Assembly (NCBI GenBank): GCA_001275005.1
Contig: JWZX01003407.1
Coordinates: forward strand, 1-64,000
Length of the DNA: 64,000 bases
Source of the DNA: Chrysochromulina tobinii
Lineage: Eukaryota
Reading direction: 5' to 3'
Each line of letters opens with the position of its first letter. The stretch's first letter is position 1. The notes under the pieces were generated by a model, which had not been told where the DNA came from, did not search any database, and was given only the letters and a program-made list of their open reading frames with translations. Both the position numbers and the translations under genes were made by a program. Shown in pieces: positions 23,231 through 33,814 of the stretch.

Positions 23231-24614
23231 ATGCCAATGCCAATGCCACCACCACCACTGTTGCCGCCGTTGCCAGACCGGCCAGCGGACGGGTACGCTC
23301 TTCCTGAGCATTGTCAACCGTATCTGAGCGATGCCCCGAAGCAGCGACGCTTTGAAGCTTTCCTGCGCGATGAGAATTTGGCTCGCGCACTCGCCGCCGC
23401 CGCCGGCTTCGATGGTCGTTGCGTACACGGTGAACTGCTCGAATTTTCCAAAGTTGCGAGCTTCTTCAGCCAGCGGGCCCACGCGGTGATCTCAAGCCGA
23501 TTCACCTCGTCCGAAGTACAGAGTGCTCAACTCCCTGGCGGCGTGATCGTAGGTGGACTCTCCCGAGTACCCGAGGCCACAACACGGTCCGAACGACACG
23601 CCTCCAGCTTCGTCTGCAGCAGGGGCGGCGGCAGCACCTGCCTCTTACGTCGTCGAAACGAGTGCGGACACAAAGCAGAGCGTCGACGTCTTGCCAGTGA
23701 AATCGAGGACGCTGGTCGGCATGTCGTCTCGCACCGCGCTGCCGTGGCAGCCCGATGCACTGCTTTGCAAGCGCTTTGGCGTCCCCGCTCCCGCCAACGC
23801 GCTTCATTCGCGAGAGGGTTCGAGACCATCGACAACGATTGGCACTGCGACATTTGACGACGCGCTGCTTCCAACCTTTTCTGGTCCTCCACAGCCACCC
23901 CACGGACCGTCACCAAACATCCCGCATGGCGTTCCTCCGCAGATGTTTCCTCCCATACCGGCTGCTGAGGCTCAAGCTGCAGAATTCCTTGCCAGCATCG
24001 CGCCAGCCATGAGCTTACGCGGCTTTGTACCCCCGCCGCCGCCACAGCGCCCCTCCATGGCGCCTCAGCCGCCTCCTCCACCAGCTCCGTCGTCTGAGAC
24101 ACTCTCTGCAGAAGCAAGTATGCCCCAAGGAGAGGCGAAGGAGCGCCCCCCCCTCGCCCTGTTCAAGGCTGTGTTTGCGGGTTCCTCCGATGAAGACGAC
24201 GCTGCATGCGAGCAGCATGGCAGTACCCAGGCATGGCAGTCTCAGCCCATCAGAGTCTCAGCCAACGAGCCAGCAGCCATTACTGCCCACGCCGCGGCAC
24301 ACGCCGCGGCGCTTGTGCCATCAGCGCAGTCGATGGCAGGGACACACCCAAAAACCGCGCCGCTCATGCCAACGGCGATGCTCTCTACTACCACGAGTGC
24401 CTTCATGACCGGCGCCGCAGAATCGGTAGCTTTGAGCGAAGGAGAGAGTGAAAGCGTAAGCTCTGAGGAGGAGGTCGTGGAGGAGAACTCCGCACGCAAG
24501 AAGCGACACCATCATAAGCACAGGCACAAGCACAAAAAAGAGGATAAGCACCACCGCAAGAAGCATCGGAAAGGGGACAAGAGCGAGAAGAATCACAAGA
24601 AGAAGCAGGCGTAG
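21677..24614 (+). CDS. GPATCH1: G-patch domain protein 1 / TOUGH homolog; frame change at ~23553-23619 (small intron or indel)
   Basis: DUF1604 '[30 protein letters not shown]...RPEDFMDDED'; G-patch 'IGFRMLRQMGWRDGFGIGP'; the second ORF has conserved 'WQPDALLCKRFGVP' and 'RPPLALFKAVF', and a K/H-rich tail. Confidence 0.9.
23185..23229 (+). repeat. (CCG)n microsatellite encoding polyproline
   Basis: About 15 ccg units in the GPATCH1 reading frame. Confidence 0.9.
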
Positions 24615-24950
24615 TATCGTATGACAAGCCCGCGTTAAAATTATCGTATACATGTACCGCCAGGCCCGAGACCGCCAGACATGCCGCCAGAGCGCGCGCG
24701 GCGCGGCGAACATGCACGATCCGTACGTCAACAACGCAACGACCAAGCGTTCCCCGTCGTCCGCGCGCGCGCGGTTCGTCGGACGTCGCGCGTGTATCGA
24801 GCAACGAGCGCTCTACGTAACAACCGAACCCCGCGGGCGTTTACCTGAGATTTCACGACGTCACCGGTCCGCGCGTTAGCGCGACGGTACAGCGCGCGCG
24901 GGAAGCGCGCGCCGGTTCGACCGTTTTTCGCGAAGTGCTTAAGACGGTAA

Positions 24951-25901
24951 CAATGGGTAGTTACCACTTGTCGCGGACCGACGGGGGGGCGCGTTCTGGA
25001 AGGGGTAATCAAGTTGCCCTTTAGCCCGCCGCAGGCGCGAAAATTTTGGCGACATTGACTGTTAATCACTACATTTAGGCCCTGAAATTGATGCCACTCA
25101 CACACTATTGACTGCGACGTACATGTATGTACCGACTACTACGATGACACACTAGCCCACAAGAACAAAAGCAACTGTCTCGCTCCCTTATCCGCCCGCT
25201 CTCTCGACTGCATGGCCGGTATCCATAACGAGCTTGAGCCTGAAGTCAAGATATCTTTGATCGAAAGCTGGATTGTCAGCCTCACACCACCCTGCGGAGC
25301 ACACGAGAGTCAGCAACGAGCACAAGCTGAGTCGTCATCTGCGTGTGGAGTCAGTCGAGGCTCACAAGGCGGGCAATACACTGTTTGCAGCTGATTACTG
25401 GTCGACTGCTGCTCATCACTGTGCTTGGCCCACTGCCTCCAGCGGTTGGTGGCCGCCGCCTTGCTGCCTCTTCCTCTAGCAATTCTTTCGCTTTTGCTGC
25501 AGCCTTTGCTGCGGCTGCTGCGGCGCGACGACTCCTCTCCTGCCAGTAGCCGGTAGGCAGGCCAGCCTTGCTGTGCTCGCCGCTATGGCCACCCTTGCGG
25601 ATGTATGAGCTCACCATGAGACGGAGAGAGGGGCGGCAGCCAAGGTGCTGGGTCGCATCGGAAGCGAAGGTGTGCGCGAGGGGTTTCGTGAACAATGTTG
25701 AAAAGGCTGTTTTCGGGCAATGTTTTGATAATTTGCGCGGATTATTGCGGATCTGGGGCCTACGTTCCGAGATCTGTCGATTGGTACCCTTAGATTATGT
25801 GGATTATTTGACTGCCTAGGTGCTGCCTAGTTCGTAATCAAGTTGCCCCACGAGGGAACGCGCCCCCCCGTCGGTCCGCGACAAGTGGTACCTACCCATT
25901 G
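24951..25901. mobile_element. Non-autonomous TIR DNA transposon (951 bp, 46-bp TIRs, 8-bp TSD; P- or hAT-like)
   Basis: Left TIR 24951-24996 is caatgggtagttaccacttgtcgcggaccgacgggggggcgcgttc. Right TIR 25856-25901 is its reverse complement with 1 mismatch. gacggtaa flanks both sides (24943-24950 and 25902-25909). Confidence 0.93.
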
Positions 25902-26165
25902 GACGGTAAAGATCGACGGTAAAGAAGTGCAAAGTCGTAATCATTGATAAATCATTGAAATCTCGCGCACTGTTAGCACACGCAGGATTGTATACTCAAG
26001 GCAAACATGATGAGTAAACATGCACGGCCTACGCCCCGCATCACACCAGTTCTTGCGATGTGCACGGGGCCCAGTACGGGCGCGCGCAGCTGCCGCACAC
26101 GCCACACCCCGCTTGCTTTCGTGTCAGAGCTCAGACCGAGCGCGCGATTCGGCACAGTCCTCGTA

Positions 26166-26966
26166 CTACTGGTTGAGATTCAATACCACAAACGAGATCG
26201 TGTTCTCTGGGCCGCAATGCACTGAGGACAGCACGTAGCCCTGCTGCTGCAGCTCACGCACTCGCCGCCAGAGTGGCAGCATCGGGTTGAACCACTTGAT
26301 CCGTATCTGCTTGTCGACGTTATGCTTGCCGCTGTTCTCGGCGAGCGGGAAAGAGAGCGACGCGTCATTTGCAAGCGGCAAGAGCTCCACCATTCCACCA
26401 GTCTCGCGCTGCGCCTCGGCGGAGCATTGTGCAATTGTCTGCCGGTTCGCCTCCCAGGCCAGTGCATAGGCGGTGACGGCGCCCATGGAGGGCAGCACTT
26501 GCAGCACTTTGGTGGGCAGCAGGACAGGCGGGGTCGATACCGGTGTTACCTCCACCAGCTTTCCAGATGGCACGGCTCGATCGCCGATTAAGACTTCATC
26601 GCTCACGTGTGCCTCGAGCATGTAGTAGCGGAGCTCTATCCACAGCAGCCGCTCCTCGGTCTTATCCTCGGGCAGGGCCAGCGTGCCCGATCGCAAGAAG
26701 TTCAGTATGGCGCGGAAGTGTGTGCCGTCACGATCGATAAAGACGCAGCCCTCGTCGTCGAGCGGCACTTGGATGCCTTCACGGCCACTGAACATGACAC
26801 CGAGCATCGAGTCTGGGTAGCGCGTGAGCGTGCTCCGCGACGTCTCAAACTTGGTCCCACCGACGTTGAGGCGCACACGACTCCTTGATTGCTCGAGCAC
26901 GCTCGACACGTTGAGATGCAGGCGACTCCTTGACTGATCACACAACCCTGTTGCGTCGGACGCCAT
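26166..26966 (-). CDS. KCTD-type BTB/POZ domain protein
   Basis: 'VRLNVGGTKFETSRSTLTRYPDSMLGVMFSG...VFIDRDGTHFRAILNFLRSG...ELRYY'. Confidence 0.92.
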   Translation of the reverse strand: MASDATGLCDQSRSRLHLNVSSVLEQSRSRVRLNVGGTKFETSRSTLTRYPDSMLGVMFSGREGIQVPLDDEGCVFIDRDGTHFRAILNFLRSGTLALPEDKTEERLLWIELRYYMLEAHVSDEVLIGDRAVPSGKLVEVTPVSTPPVLLPTKVLQVLPSMGAVTAYALAWEANRQTIAQCSAEAQRETGGMVELLPLANDASLSFPLAENSGKHNVDKQIRIKWFNPMLPLWRRVRELQQQGYVLSSVHCGPENTISFVVLNLNQ

Positions 26967-27128
26967 ATGATGAGAAATAGTTGAGAAATCGGCAAGACAA
27001 GTCAAGTTTAGTCAGGCCTACGTTGTGAAAAGTGGAAAAACCCCTTTGTAGGTGGCCAGACTTCAAACCGCTCTTCCTGAAAATCCTGAATTCACACTCC
27101 GATTCGCGCCTCACCTTCTCGCAGTCAA

Positions 27129-28181
27129 ATGGAGGATACTCTCGCCGTTCAGCCGCCAAAGCGCGTGCGAGCAGACGATGAGAATACAGACGTGCAAGCG
27201 GTGCAAGTGGCGCCGTTCAAGGGTTTGCCCAGATGCGAGTTCGACTTCGCTCCGCGGTGCCATCACAGACACCCTCTCAAGCGATACCCACGCGAGGCTG
27301 GAGCCAGCTCCGATGAACCCCTCGTGTGCGATGGCGGTTGCGGCAGAGAGATCCCGCCGTCCGACCCCCGCTGGTCCTGTTTTCCGTGCGATTACGACAT
27401 CTGCGAGCTGTGCCTCGTCGCCAGAGGTGGCGGGGCCGCTTTCATCGGGCTGCTTGCTGAAGAAGAACGGAAGAGCGCCTCTCACGCTCGTGAGCTCGAC
27501 ACGATGAAGAATCGGTGCGAGGCCGCGGAAGCCCGGTTGGCACGCAAGGAGCGTGAGGAGAAGGCTGCGGAAGCGAAGGCGGAAGCGAAGGCCTCGGCGC
27601 TCGCCGAGAGGCGACTGGTTGAGAGCAAGGTGGCAGCGGCAGAGGAGCACGCGCGTGGCTTGCAGACCGAGGTCCAGCGGCTCGAGGCCGAGGTCGTCGA
27701 GCGGCGACAGCGCTCTAAAGCCAACCTCGAGAAGATGTACGCAGCCCAGAAAGAGCGCGACACTGCGCGTGCCGAAGCTGACAACCTCCGCGTCGTTGTC
27801 GAGGCGCAGCAGGCAAGCACCCGTGCCGCAATCGAAGACATGCAAGAACAGCTCGCCACGGCCCACCGCCATATCGCCATCGCGCAGGGCGATGCGGAGG
27901 CCGTACGGACGCTCATCTCATTGGAGGAGGCCGAACAGCTCGAGGCACGTGCTCGTGCTGCGCTGCTCGCGATCTGCGAGCGCCGTGCATCGCTCGCGGC
28001 CGCGGCCGAGTCTGAGCGACAGAAGCGCATCGACTGTGCCGTATGCCTCTTTGGCGCGCGTGGCGTCGCCTTTGTCCCTTGCGGTCATATCGCCACATGC
28101 GTAGAGTGCGCACCTAAGGTCGACGATTGCCCCCTCTGCAAGGCCAAGATCACGTGCAGAATGCCAGTTTACCTACCATGA
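27129..28181 (+). CDS. ZZ-type zinc finger + coiled coil + C3HC4 RING E3 ligase
   Basis: 'CDGGCG...WSCFPCDYDICELC' and C-terminal 'CAVC...FVPCGHIATCVECA...CPLCK'. Confidence 0.88.
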   Translation: MEDTLAVQPPKRVRADDENTDVQAVQVAPFKGLPRCEFDFAPRCHHRHPLKRYPREAGASSDEPLVCDGGCGREIPPSDPRWSCFPCDYDICELCLVARGGGAAFIGLLAEEERKSASHARELDTMKNRCEAAEARLARKEREEKAAEAKAEAKASALAERRLVESKVAAAEEHARGLQTEVQRLEAEVVERRQRSKANLEKMYAAQKERDTARAEADNLRVVVEAQQASTRAAIEDMQEQLATAHRHIAIAQGDAEAVRTLISLEEAEQLEARARAALLAICERRASLAAAAESERQKRIDCAVCLFGARGVAFVPCGHIATCVECAPKVDDCPLCKAKITCRMPVYLP

Positions 28182-29079
28182 AGAAGCCGATTTGGCACAG
28201 ACCTCTTGGCGACGACGCGTGGATGCTGGTGAAGAGCGTCTGCTCTCGGCGCGACAGCTCGCGTCGCACCCCGCGGGTACATCGGGATGCTGTGCGGACA
28301 TTGAGGACAGTGGTCGATGAGGTCGCGGACGAGGATCCTGCTTCCTGGATCGACAAGCGTATAGTCTCATGTGTGGGACCGAAAGCCCGGACCGTCCGGT
28401 CCGTCGTCCGACCTGCGCGCTCGCGTACGGACGGGTTCAACGCCTACCTGCGAAAACACCACTCTCCACTGTCTTTCGTCTGACCTGTAGCGCGTACCGC
28501 GATAGGCGATTTTTCGCGATTACTCTTTCACCGCGACCCGGTCGTGTGCGCGCAATGTGACGTGTCGCATGCGCATGACGGTGCGACCACGCGTGCGGGC
28601 GACGCACCGACCTCGACCGTGACTTGGACGTTCTCCACGAGTACTCCCACTTCGGATCCGCGCGCACCCCGACCGCGCCGCGGGCCCCGGCACCCGCCGG
28701 ACCCGCCGGCACCGCGCGGCGCGCGCACGTCGAGCCGTGATAAAGCGCTCTAGGCAGCTCGAGTCACGTTTCGGACGGATTTGTATGCGCCGTGACGGCG
28801 CGTCCGCGTGTAACCGTGTACCCAGCCGCGCTCGCACGTCGCGCTCGCGTCGGGGAGTACACAGAGCCCGGCCGAAGTCAAGCCCTCTCAGCATCCCGAA
28901 ACGTCGACCCGACACGCACCATGACACCAGCGTTCAACGCAGGCGGGCATCCCGACACGCACCACGACACAATACGCGGCGTACGGGAGGAACGGGGGAG
29001 ACGGGGGTCTGAACTCTGGTTGGGCTCGCGCGATCGATCCGGCATGAATTACGTGCCTTCGTGAACCCAAGGCAAAGTG

Positions 29080-29740
29080 TTACAAGAGGACTCGCGATGC
29101 AACCAGCCCACCAAGCTCGCGGCACTGAGCTACTGCCTCTGGGCTGCACGTTTTAGGTCTCAAGATGTTCGCGACCGTCTGCGAGAGACCGTTGCGAATG
29201 ATCAGTGGCTCGGACACAGGTTTTAACCTCCAGCCCTGGCAGATGCGTGCAACCTGTCGTGCCGCACTGGTTCCGTCGGATCCGGCAGCAACGGCGAGTC
29301 CATCTGCGATTCGCACGCGAGGTAGCGCGCACTGGTCAGCTGTTTGGCAGACAACGTGGCAGTATGTGGCAGTAAGTGGCAGTAGCCAGCCGGAAATCAT
29401 GGGTCGGGTGCCAACGGCCCAACGCACAAGGGCGGCCAAGAAGCCGCGAGGACTCGCCATAACCGCTGCTACTCTCGTGTGTGTCAAACACGTGATAGTA
29501 AACCCGCTGGAAGAACTCGGCCATCTCGCCGGATACCATCGCCAAATTTTCTGGAGCGCAGAAGAGGTAGCCGTCGCTGCTGAGCAGGTCTTCCACGGTT
29601 GCCTCGCCCGCCGCCCGCCTGACCAACGTCAATTCAGATTCCATGCCCGTGGCCGCAAGGGACGCGCCCTCTTCGAGGGCGTCCGCCATTGCGCGGGCGA
29701 GGCCCGTGCGGCTGTGCCACACAACAAGCACGCGGCGCAT
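29080..29740 (-). CDS. Flavodoxin-fold (WrbA-like) FMN protein; intron 29304-29427; N-terminus may extend upstream
   Basis: 'VLVVWHSRTG', 'DLLSSDGYLFCAPENLAMVSG'; splice t|gtgcgt ... gcag|at gives 'GRPYGLAVAAGSDG...GWRLK...CRELGG'. Confidence 0.85.
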
Positions 29741-30080
29741 GCCAGGACTTCAGGCAGGTAGAGGCAGTTGTGTGCCAGGGAGTGGCCCGCTCGGCAGCAG
29801 TGGCCTGTTGTGTTTGCAGAGAGTCGACCACCGAATGTGAGGAGGTGCTGCAGCAATCTGAGCTGCACTGCTGTGCTCCGCGGCACAAGCAGTCCGCCAC
29901 CGCGTGCTATACACTGCGTGTGGCGCTGTGTCTCTCTCCATTCATGTTAATACACACAACACAATTCACACCAACACGAACACACCTCATCACCTATTCA
30001 TAATCATCAACGTACAAACATAGAACGCGAGAAGTTAACCGCCAATTCACAGTCATTTAATTCTCAATCTGAGGAAAACA

Positions 30081-31160
30081 ATGCAGGAAAACAAGACGAT
30101 GGCCACCATCACGCAGCCGTGGCGTGGGCGGTACGTGGCGCCGCTGCCAGACATCGGACCCACGGTGCGAGATGCGCTCGCCGCGCCATCGTCGTGCGTG
30201 CCAGCCGGGGCCGTTCTGCTTACTCTCTTCAACGACCACCATCGCCCGTTGTACGAACTGCAATTTCGTCGTGTGCGCTCGTTAGCATGCTTGGTGCAGC
30301 GGCTTGTATCCGTGTGCTTTGGTGCCGATGCGTGCCGCGACGCCATTGGGCGCGCCGTTGTTGGGCCGCCAGTCCGGCCGAGCGACTTCCGGAAGGGAGC
30401 CTACGTAGAGCTGACTTGGGCCAAGTGGCGACTACTCCATTCGGCGCTCATGCATGCGCGGGTGGTTCTCTTCATCGACAGCGACGTGGTGCTTTTCCGC
30501 AACCCATTCGCTGCGCTGGATGCCGCCGTCGATTCCCACGCCATTCGTTTCCTCGCCGAGCTCGCGTGTGCTCCCACGGCCACCTGCGGGTCACAGCCGG
30601 CGTGGCGCAAGCCCTCACGCCTGCCAGGTGCAGCCCCTTGGCCGTGCAGCCTCAACGGCGGCGTGCTGCTGCTCGCCTCACAAACGCTCGCAGCGCGCGT
30701 GGTCGAACGAGAGCCCATCTTCGAGTATCATTCCATAAACGCAAGTCAGATGCCCATCGATCAGGACGCCGCCGACGAGATCGCCAATCGTCGCCGCGGC
30801 GAGAAAGCCGACTTTTCAAGCTGCGCGCTGCCGAGTTCGAGCTTCGTCGGCTTCTGCTGGTGGGCGTGGGGCTATATTAAAGGCAATCGCACGCTCTTCG
30901 ACGATCTTCGTCCGTGCGAATTGGCAACCTTCCATGCGCACTGTATAGTCTCGGTGGCACAGAAGAGGGCGGCGATGGAGCGCATGCTGACCAAGACGGC
31001 GCACTGCGTCGGCAACCGCAGCAGCGAAGGCATCCGTGAGCAGCGTCTTGGCAAGTGGGGCCCGGCAGCTTCGCCGGGAGCTCGTGCACGCTGTGGGCGG
31101 CGCGGGGTCAAAGCGGAAGGCCGCAAGCGAGAGATTTGTAGCACGGCGAGTCAAGTATAA
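30081..31160 (+). CDS. Nucleotide-diphospho-sugar transferase (GT77-like)
   Basis: 'LTWAKW', DxD motif 'VLFIDSDVVLFRNPF', 'LNGGVLL', 'DQ', 'FHAHC'. Confidence 0.82.
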   Translation: MQENKTMATITQPWRGRYVAPLPDIGPTVRDALAAPSSCVPAGAVLLTLFNDHHRPLYELQFRRVRSLACLVQRLVSVCFGADACRDAIGRAVVGPPVRPSDFRKGAYVELTWAKWRLLHSALMHARVVLFIDSDVVLFRNPFAALDAAVDSHAIRFLAELACAPTATCGSQPAWRKPSRLPGAAPWPCSLNGGVLLLASQTLAARVVEREPIFEYHSINASQMPIDQDAADEIANRRRGEKADFSSCALPSSSFVGFCWWAWGYIKGNRTLFDDLRPCELATFHAHCIVSVAQKRAAMERMLTKTAHCVGNRSSEGIREQRLGKWGPAASPGARARCGRRGVKAEGRKREICSTASQV

Positions 31161-31447
31161 GCGGATCGAGCGGATCCGGCGAGGTCGAGGACGCGCGTGC
31201 CGAGGAGCGAGGTGAACGCGCAACATCGAGTTCTCGGTTCATCGACGCGGCAATAGCCCGTGTGTGGCGCTTCGCAAGCAGTTGGCGCTTAGATTTCTTG
31301 TTTCTTAGAAATCGAGCCTCGTGCTTGATCGAATGGTTATCGAAAGGCGCATCAGAGGGTTTAATCCCTTTCGGGGGAAACGTCTCTCGTTCTGGTTTTC
31401 GGAGAGAAACGTTCATGCTGGCGTTTTCACACTCTCACAATTTTTTC

Positions 31448-33814
31448 ATGTCTTCGTCCTCGTCGACGCCTGCCACGCCGCCTTCTGCAACCGCAGTTCC
31501 TCCTCGACCACCACCGCCGACTGGTGGTCCGCGCCCTGGAGCTCAACCACCCGCAGTGGGTGGTGCAGCCATGCGGTCCACTGCTCCAGTGCCCCAAGGC
31601 ATGCCGCCGGCTGGAGCTCGCCCAATGATGCAGGGCGCACCTCCTCACGGACCCCGCCCGATGCCACACGGTATGCCACTTCCCGGCCAAGCACCGCTGC
31701 AACAGCCAAGGCCGCAAGGCATGCCGCCTCTTGGCACCCCGCGGCTAGTTCCGGGCGGCGCTCCGCCCCCGCCGCGCATCGGTGTGCCACCGCCAAGGCC
31801 AACTATGGCTCCTCCGGGTGGTGGTATGCCACCGCGCCCGCTGGCGGTTTCCGGCAACGGCACCGCCGGCACTCTCGCTCCCGGCGCATCCGCCGCTCCT
31901 GGCGCACCGCGCCCTCTCCCGCCTGGGCAGCGACCGGCACCTCCGGCACAGATGCCACAACCTATTCGACCCGGCGCTCCCCGGCCGATGGCGGCTCCCG
32001 GCACCAGCACCGCTGGCACTCTCGCTCCCGGCGCATCCGCCGCTCCTGGCGCACCGCGCCCTCTCCCGCCTGGGCAGCGACCGGCACCTCCGGCACAGAT
32101 GCCACAACCTATTCGGCCCGGCGCTCCCCGGCCGATGGCGGCTCCCGGCACCAGCACCGCTGGCTCTCTCGCTCCCGGCGCATCCGCCGCTGCTAGCGCT
32201 ACCGGTCTTCTCCCGCCTGGGCAGCGACCGGCGCCTCCGGCACAGATGCCACAACCTATGGGGCCCGTTTCCCACGGGGGCATCGGCGCGGCTGCTCTTC
32301 CAGGTGCGTCCGCGAGCGGTCTCGCGTCGTCCACCGCAGCGATAGCCGCGCAAGCGATCGCTTTCGACGACTTCGACGACGAGGCAGATGAGGGAGACGA
32401 GGCCGAGGATGGCTCAGAGCTCTCGCTGAGGATGGCAGATGGCACAGCCAAGCCAGCGGATGCCGCACGACTCGCACGGCTCGCACGCAAGGCCGAATCC
32501 GCGCGACTTGCGCGCCTGCGGCACAAGCAGTTCGTGCAAGAGAAGCAGTCCGAGGTGACCGCCCTTCAGCGGGAGGAGGACCAACTTTTGGCCGAGGAGG
32601 CGCCTGCCAGCATCGCCGCGCTCGCGGCCGTGCGCACCGAACTGCGCCGAGCGCTCACCGAGTCGCAGCTGCAGCTCCTCAGCACATGGCTCGGCGACAG
32701 CCCGGGGGGTGCTCCCATCGTGAGCATGTACCTGCAGCCTGGCGAGGGCTCCGCTTCGTCACCGCCACTACCACCTCTACCGCCCCTCGATGGCACCGAA
32801 GGCACGAGTCTGGCTCTTACCGGTTTTGCGGTGAGCTCCGCGGGCGGCTCGGCGGGCGCCTCCGCAGCACCGCCGCCACACGCATCGGGCAGCGCTGCCA
32901 TCGGCTCGGGAGCGACGCCGGCTGCCGCCACCAGCACAGGCGCTACTGGCGCAACCGGCGCGGCCGACAGCGGCGGTGGTGGCGGCGGCAGCAGTGGCGA
33001 CGGCCCAGCCAGCAGTCACTCCTGTGGTGGCATCGCTGTCGAGCGCGCTGATCTCTGGCCGCCGCAAGCAGCCTTTGCCGAGGCAGTACGAGTGGGCAGC
33101 GCACCGGGCCCCGATGACGGCGCTGGCGCCTGCGGAGGCAGTGTGCGCGGCGTTGCAAGCGGCTCTAAGGGCATGGGCCTCTCGGGTGGGCCACCGCGAC
33201 TTGGAGCGGCCGGTCTCGTCCACGCAACGCCGGAGTCGCTAGGCTGCGCGTCGTGGGCAGCGGCGGCGGCCATGGCGGCGGCGGCGGCGGCGGCAGCGGC
33301 AACCGCAGCGGCGAACTCGAGCGAGGCTCTCGAGGCCCACGCGGATTCCCGCGCAGGCGGCGGTGCTGTACGCAGCGCTGTGGACGGCGAGAGCGCGATG
33401 AGCGTGGACGGCACGAGCCATGGAGGGCATGTCAGGGCGGCGCGCACGCCCGGGGTGGGATGCGCCACCGAAGATGGCGCGTCCAGCGACGGGGTGACCG
33501 GATCCGCAGCTGCCGCGGGGGTCGCCTCTGGCAGCCGCGGCAGCAGCGGCGACGCTGGAATGCGGCATGCGTCACCCTCACTGTCTGCAGGCTCGCAGGA
33601 CGCGTCCTCCACGGGCCCTGAGGCCGAAGACTTTCTCAAGCAGGCGATCAACGACGCCATCTTCAGCAGCGCGACGGGTGGCGCTGGCGAAGATGACATG
33701 GCCGAGGCCGCACCGCTGCCCATCGATGCACCGGCGGCGGAGTCGTCTGCGACCGTCTTTACGCCACCAGCGGCGGCTGAAGGTCCGTCGGCCAAGCGAC
33801 GCCGCACTCGATAA
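31448..33814 (+). CDS. Pro/Ala-rich protein with atypical bZIP basic region (putative transcription factor)
   Basis: 'RLARLARKAESARLARLRHKQFVQEKQSEVTALQREEDQL' resembles a bZIP basic region plus zipper; C-terminal NLS-like 'PSAKRRRTR'. Unrecognised introns are possible. Confidence 0.65.
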   Translation: MSSSSSTPATPPSATAVPPRPPPPTGGPRPGAQPPAVGGAAMRSTAPVPQGMPPAGARPMMQGAPPHGPRPMPHGMPLPGQAPLQQPRPQGMPPLGTPRLVPGGAPPPPRIGVPPPRPTMAPPGGGMPPRPLAVSGNGTAGTLAPGASAAPGAPRPLPPGQRPAPPAQMPQPIRPGAPRPMAAPGTSTAGTLAPGASAAPGAPRPLPPGQRPAPPAQMPQPIRPGAPRPMAAPGTSTAGSLAPGASAAASATGLLPPGQRPAPPAQMPQPMGPVSHGGIGAAALPGASASGLASSTAAIAAQAIAFDDFDDEADEGDEAEDGSELSLRMADGTAKPADAARLARLARKAESARLARLRHKQFVQEKQSEVTALQREEDQLLAEEAPASIAALAAVRTELRRALTESQLQLLSTWLGDSPGGAPIVSMYLQPGEGSASSPPLPPLPPLDGTEGTSLALTGFAVSSAGGSAGASAAPPPHASGSAAIGSGATPAAATSTGATGATGAADSGGGGGGSSGDGPASSHSCGGIAVERADLWPPQAAFAEAVRVGSAPGPDDGAGACGGSVRGVASGSKGMGLSGGPPRLGAAGLVHATPESLGCASWAAAAAMAAAAAAAAATAAANSSEALEAHADSRAGGGAVRSAVDGESAMSVDGTSHGGHVRAARTPGVGCATEDGASSDGVTGSAAAAGVASGSRGSSGDAGMRHASPSLSAGSQDASSTGPEAEDFLKQAINDAIFSSATGGAGEDDMAEAAPLPIDAPAAESSATVFTPPAAAEGPSAKRRRTR
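31861..32259 (+). repeat. 147-bp coding tandem repeat, ~2.7 copies (49 aa unit)
   Basis: Units start at 31861, 32008 and 32155 (caccgc[c/t]ggc[a/t]ctctcgctcccggcgcatccgccgct...) and are nearly identical. Confidence 0.95.
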
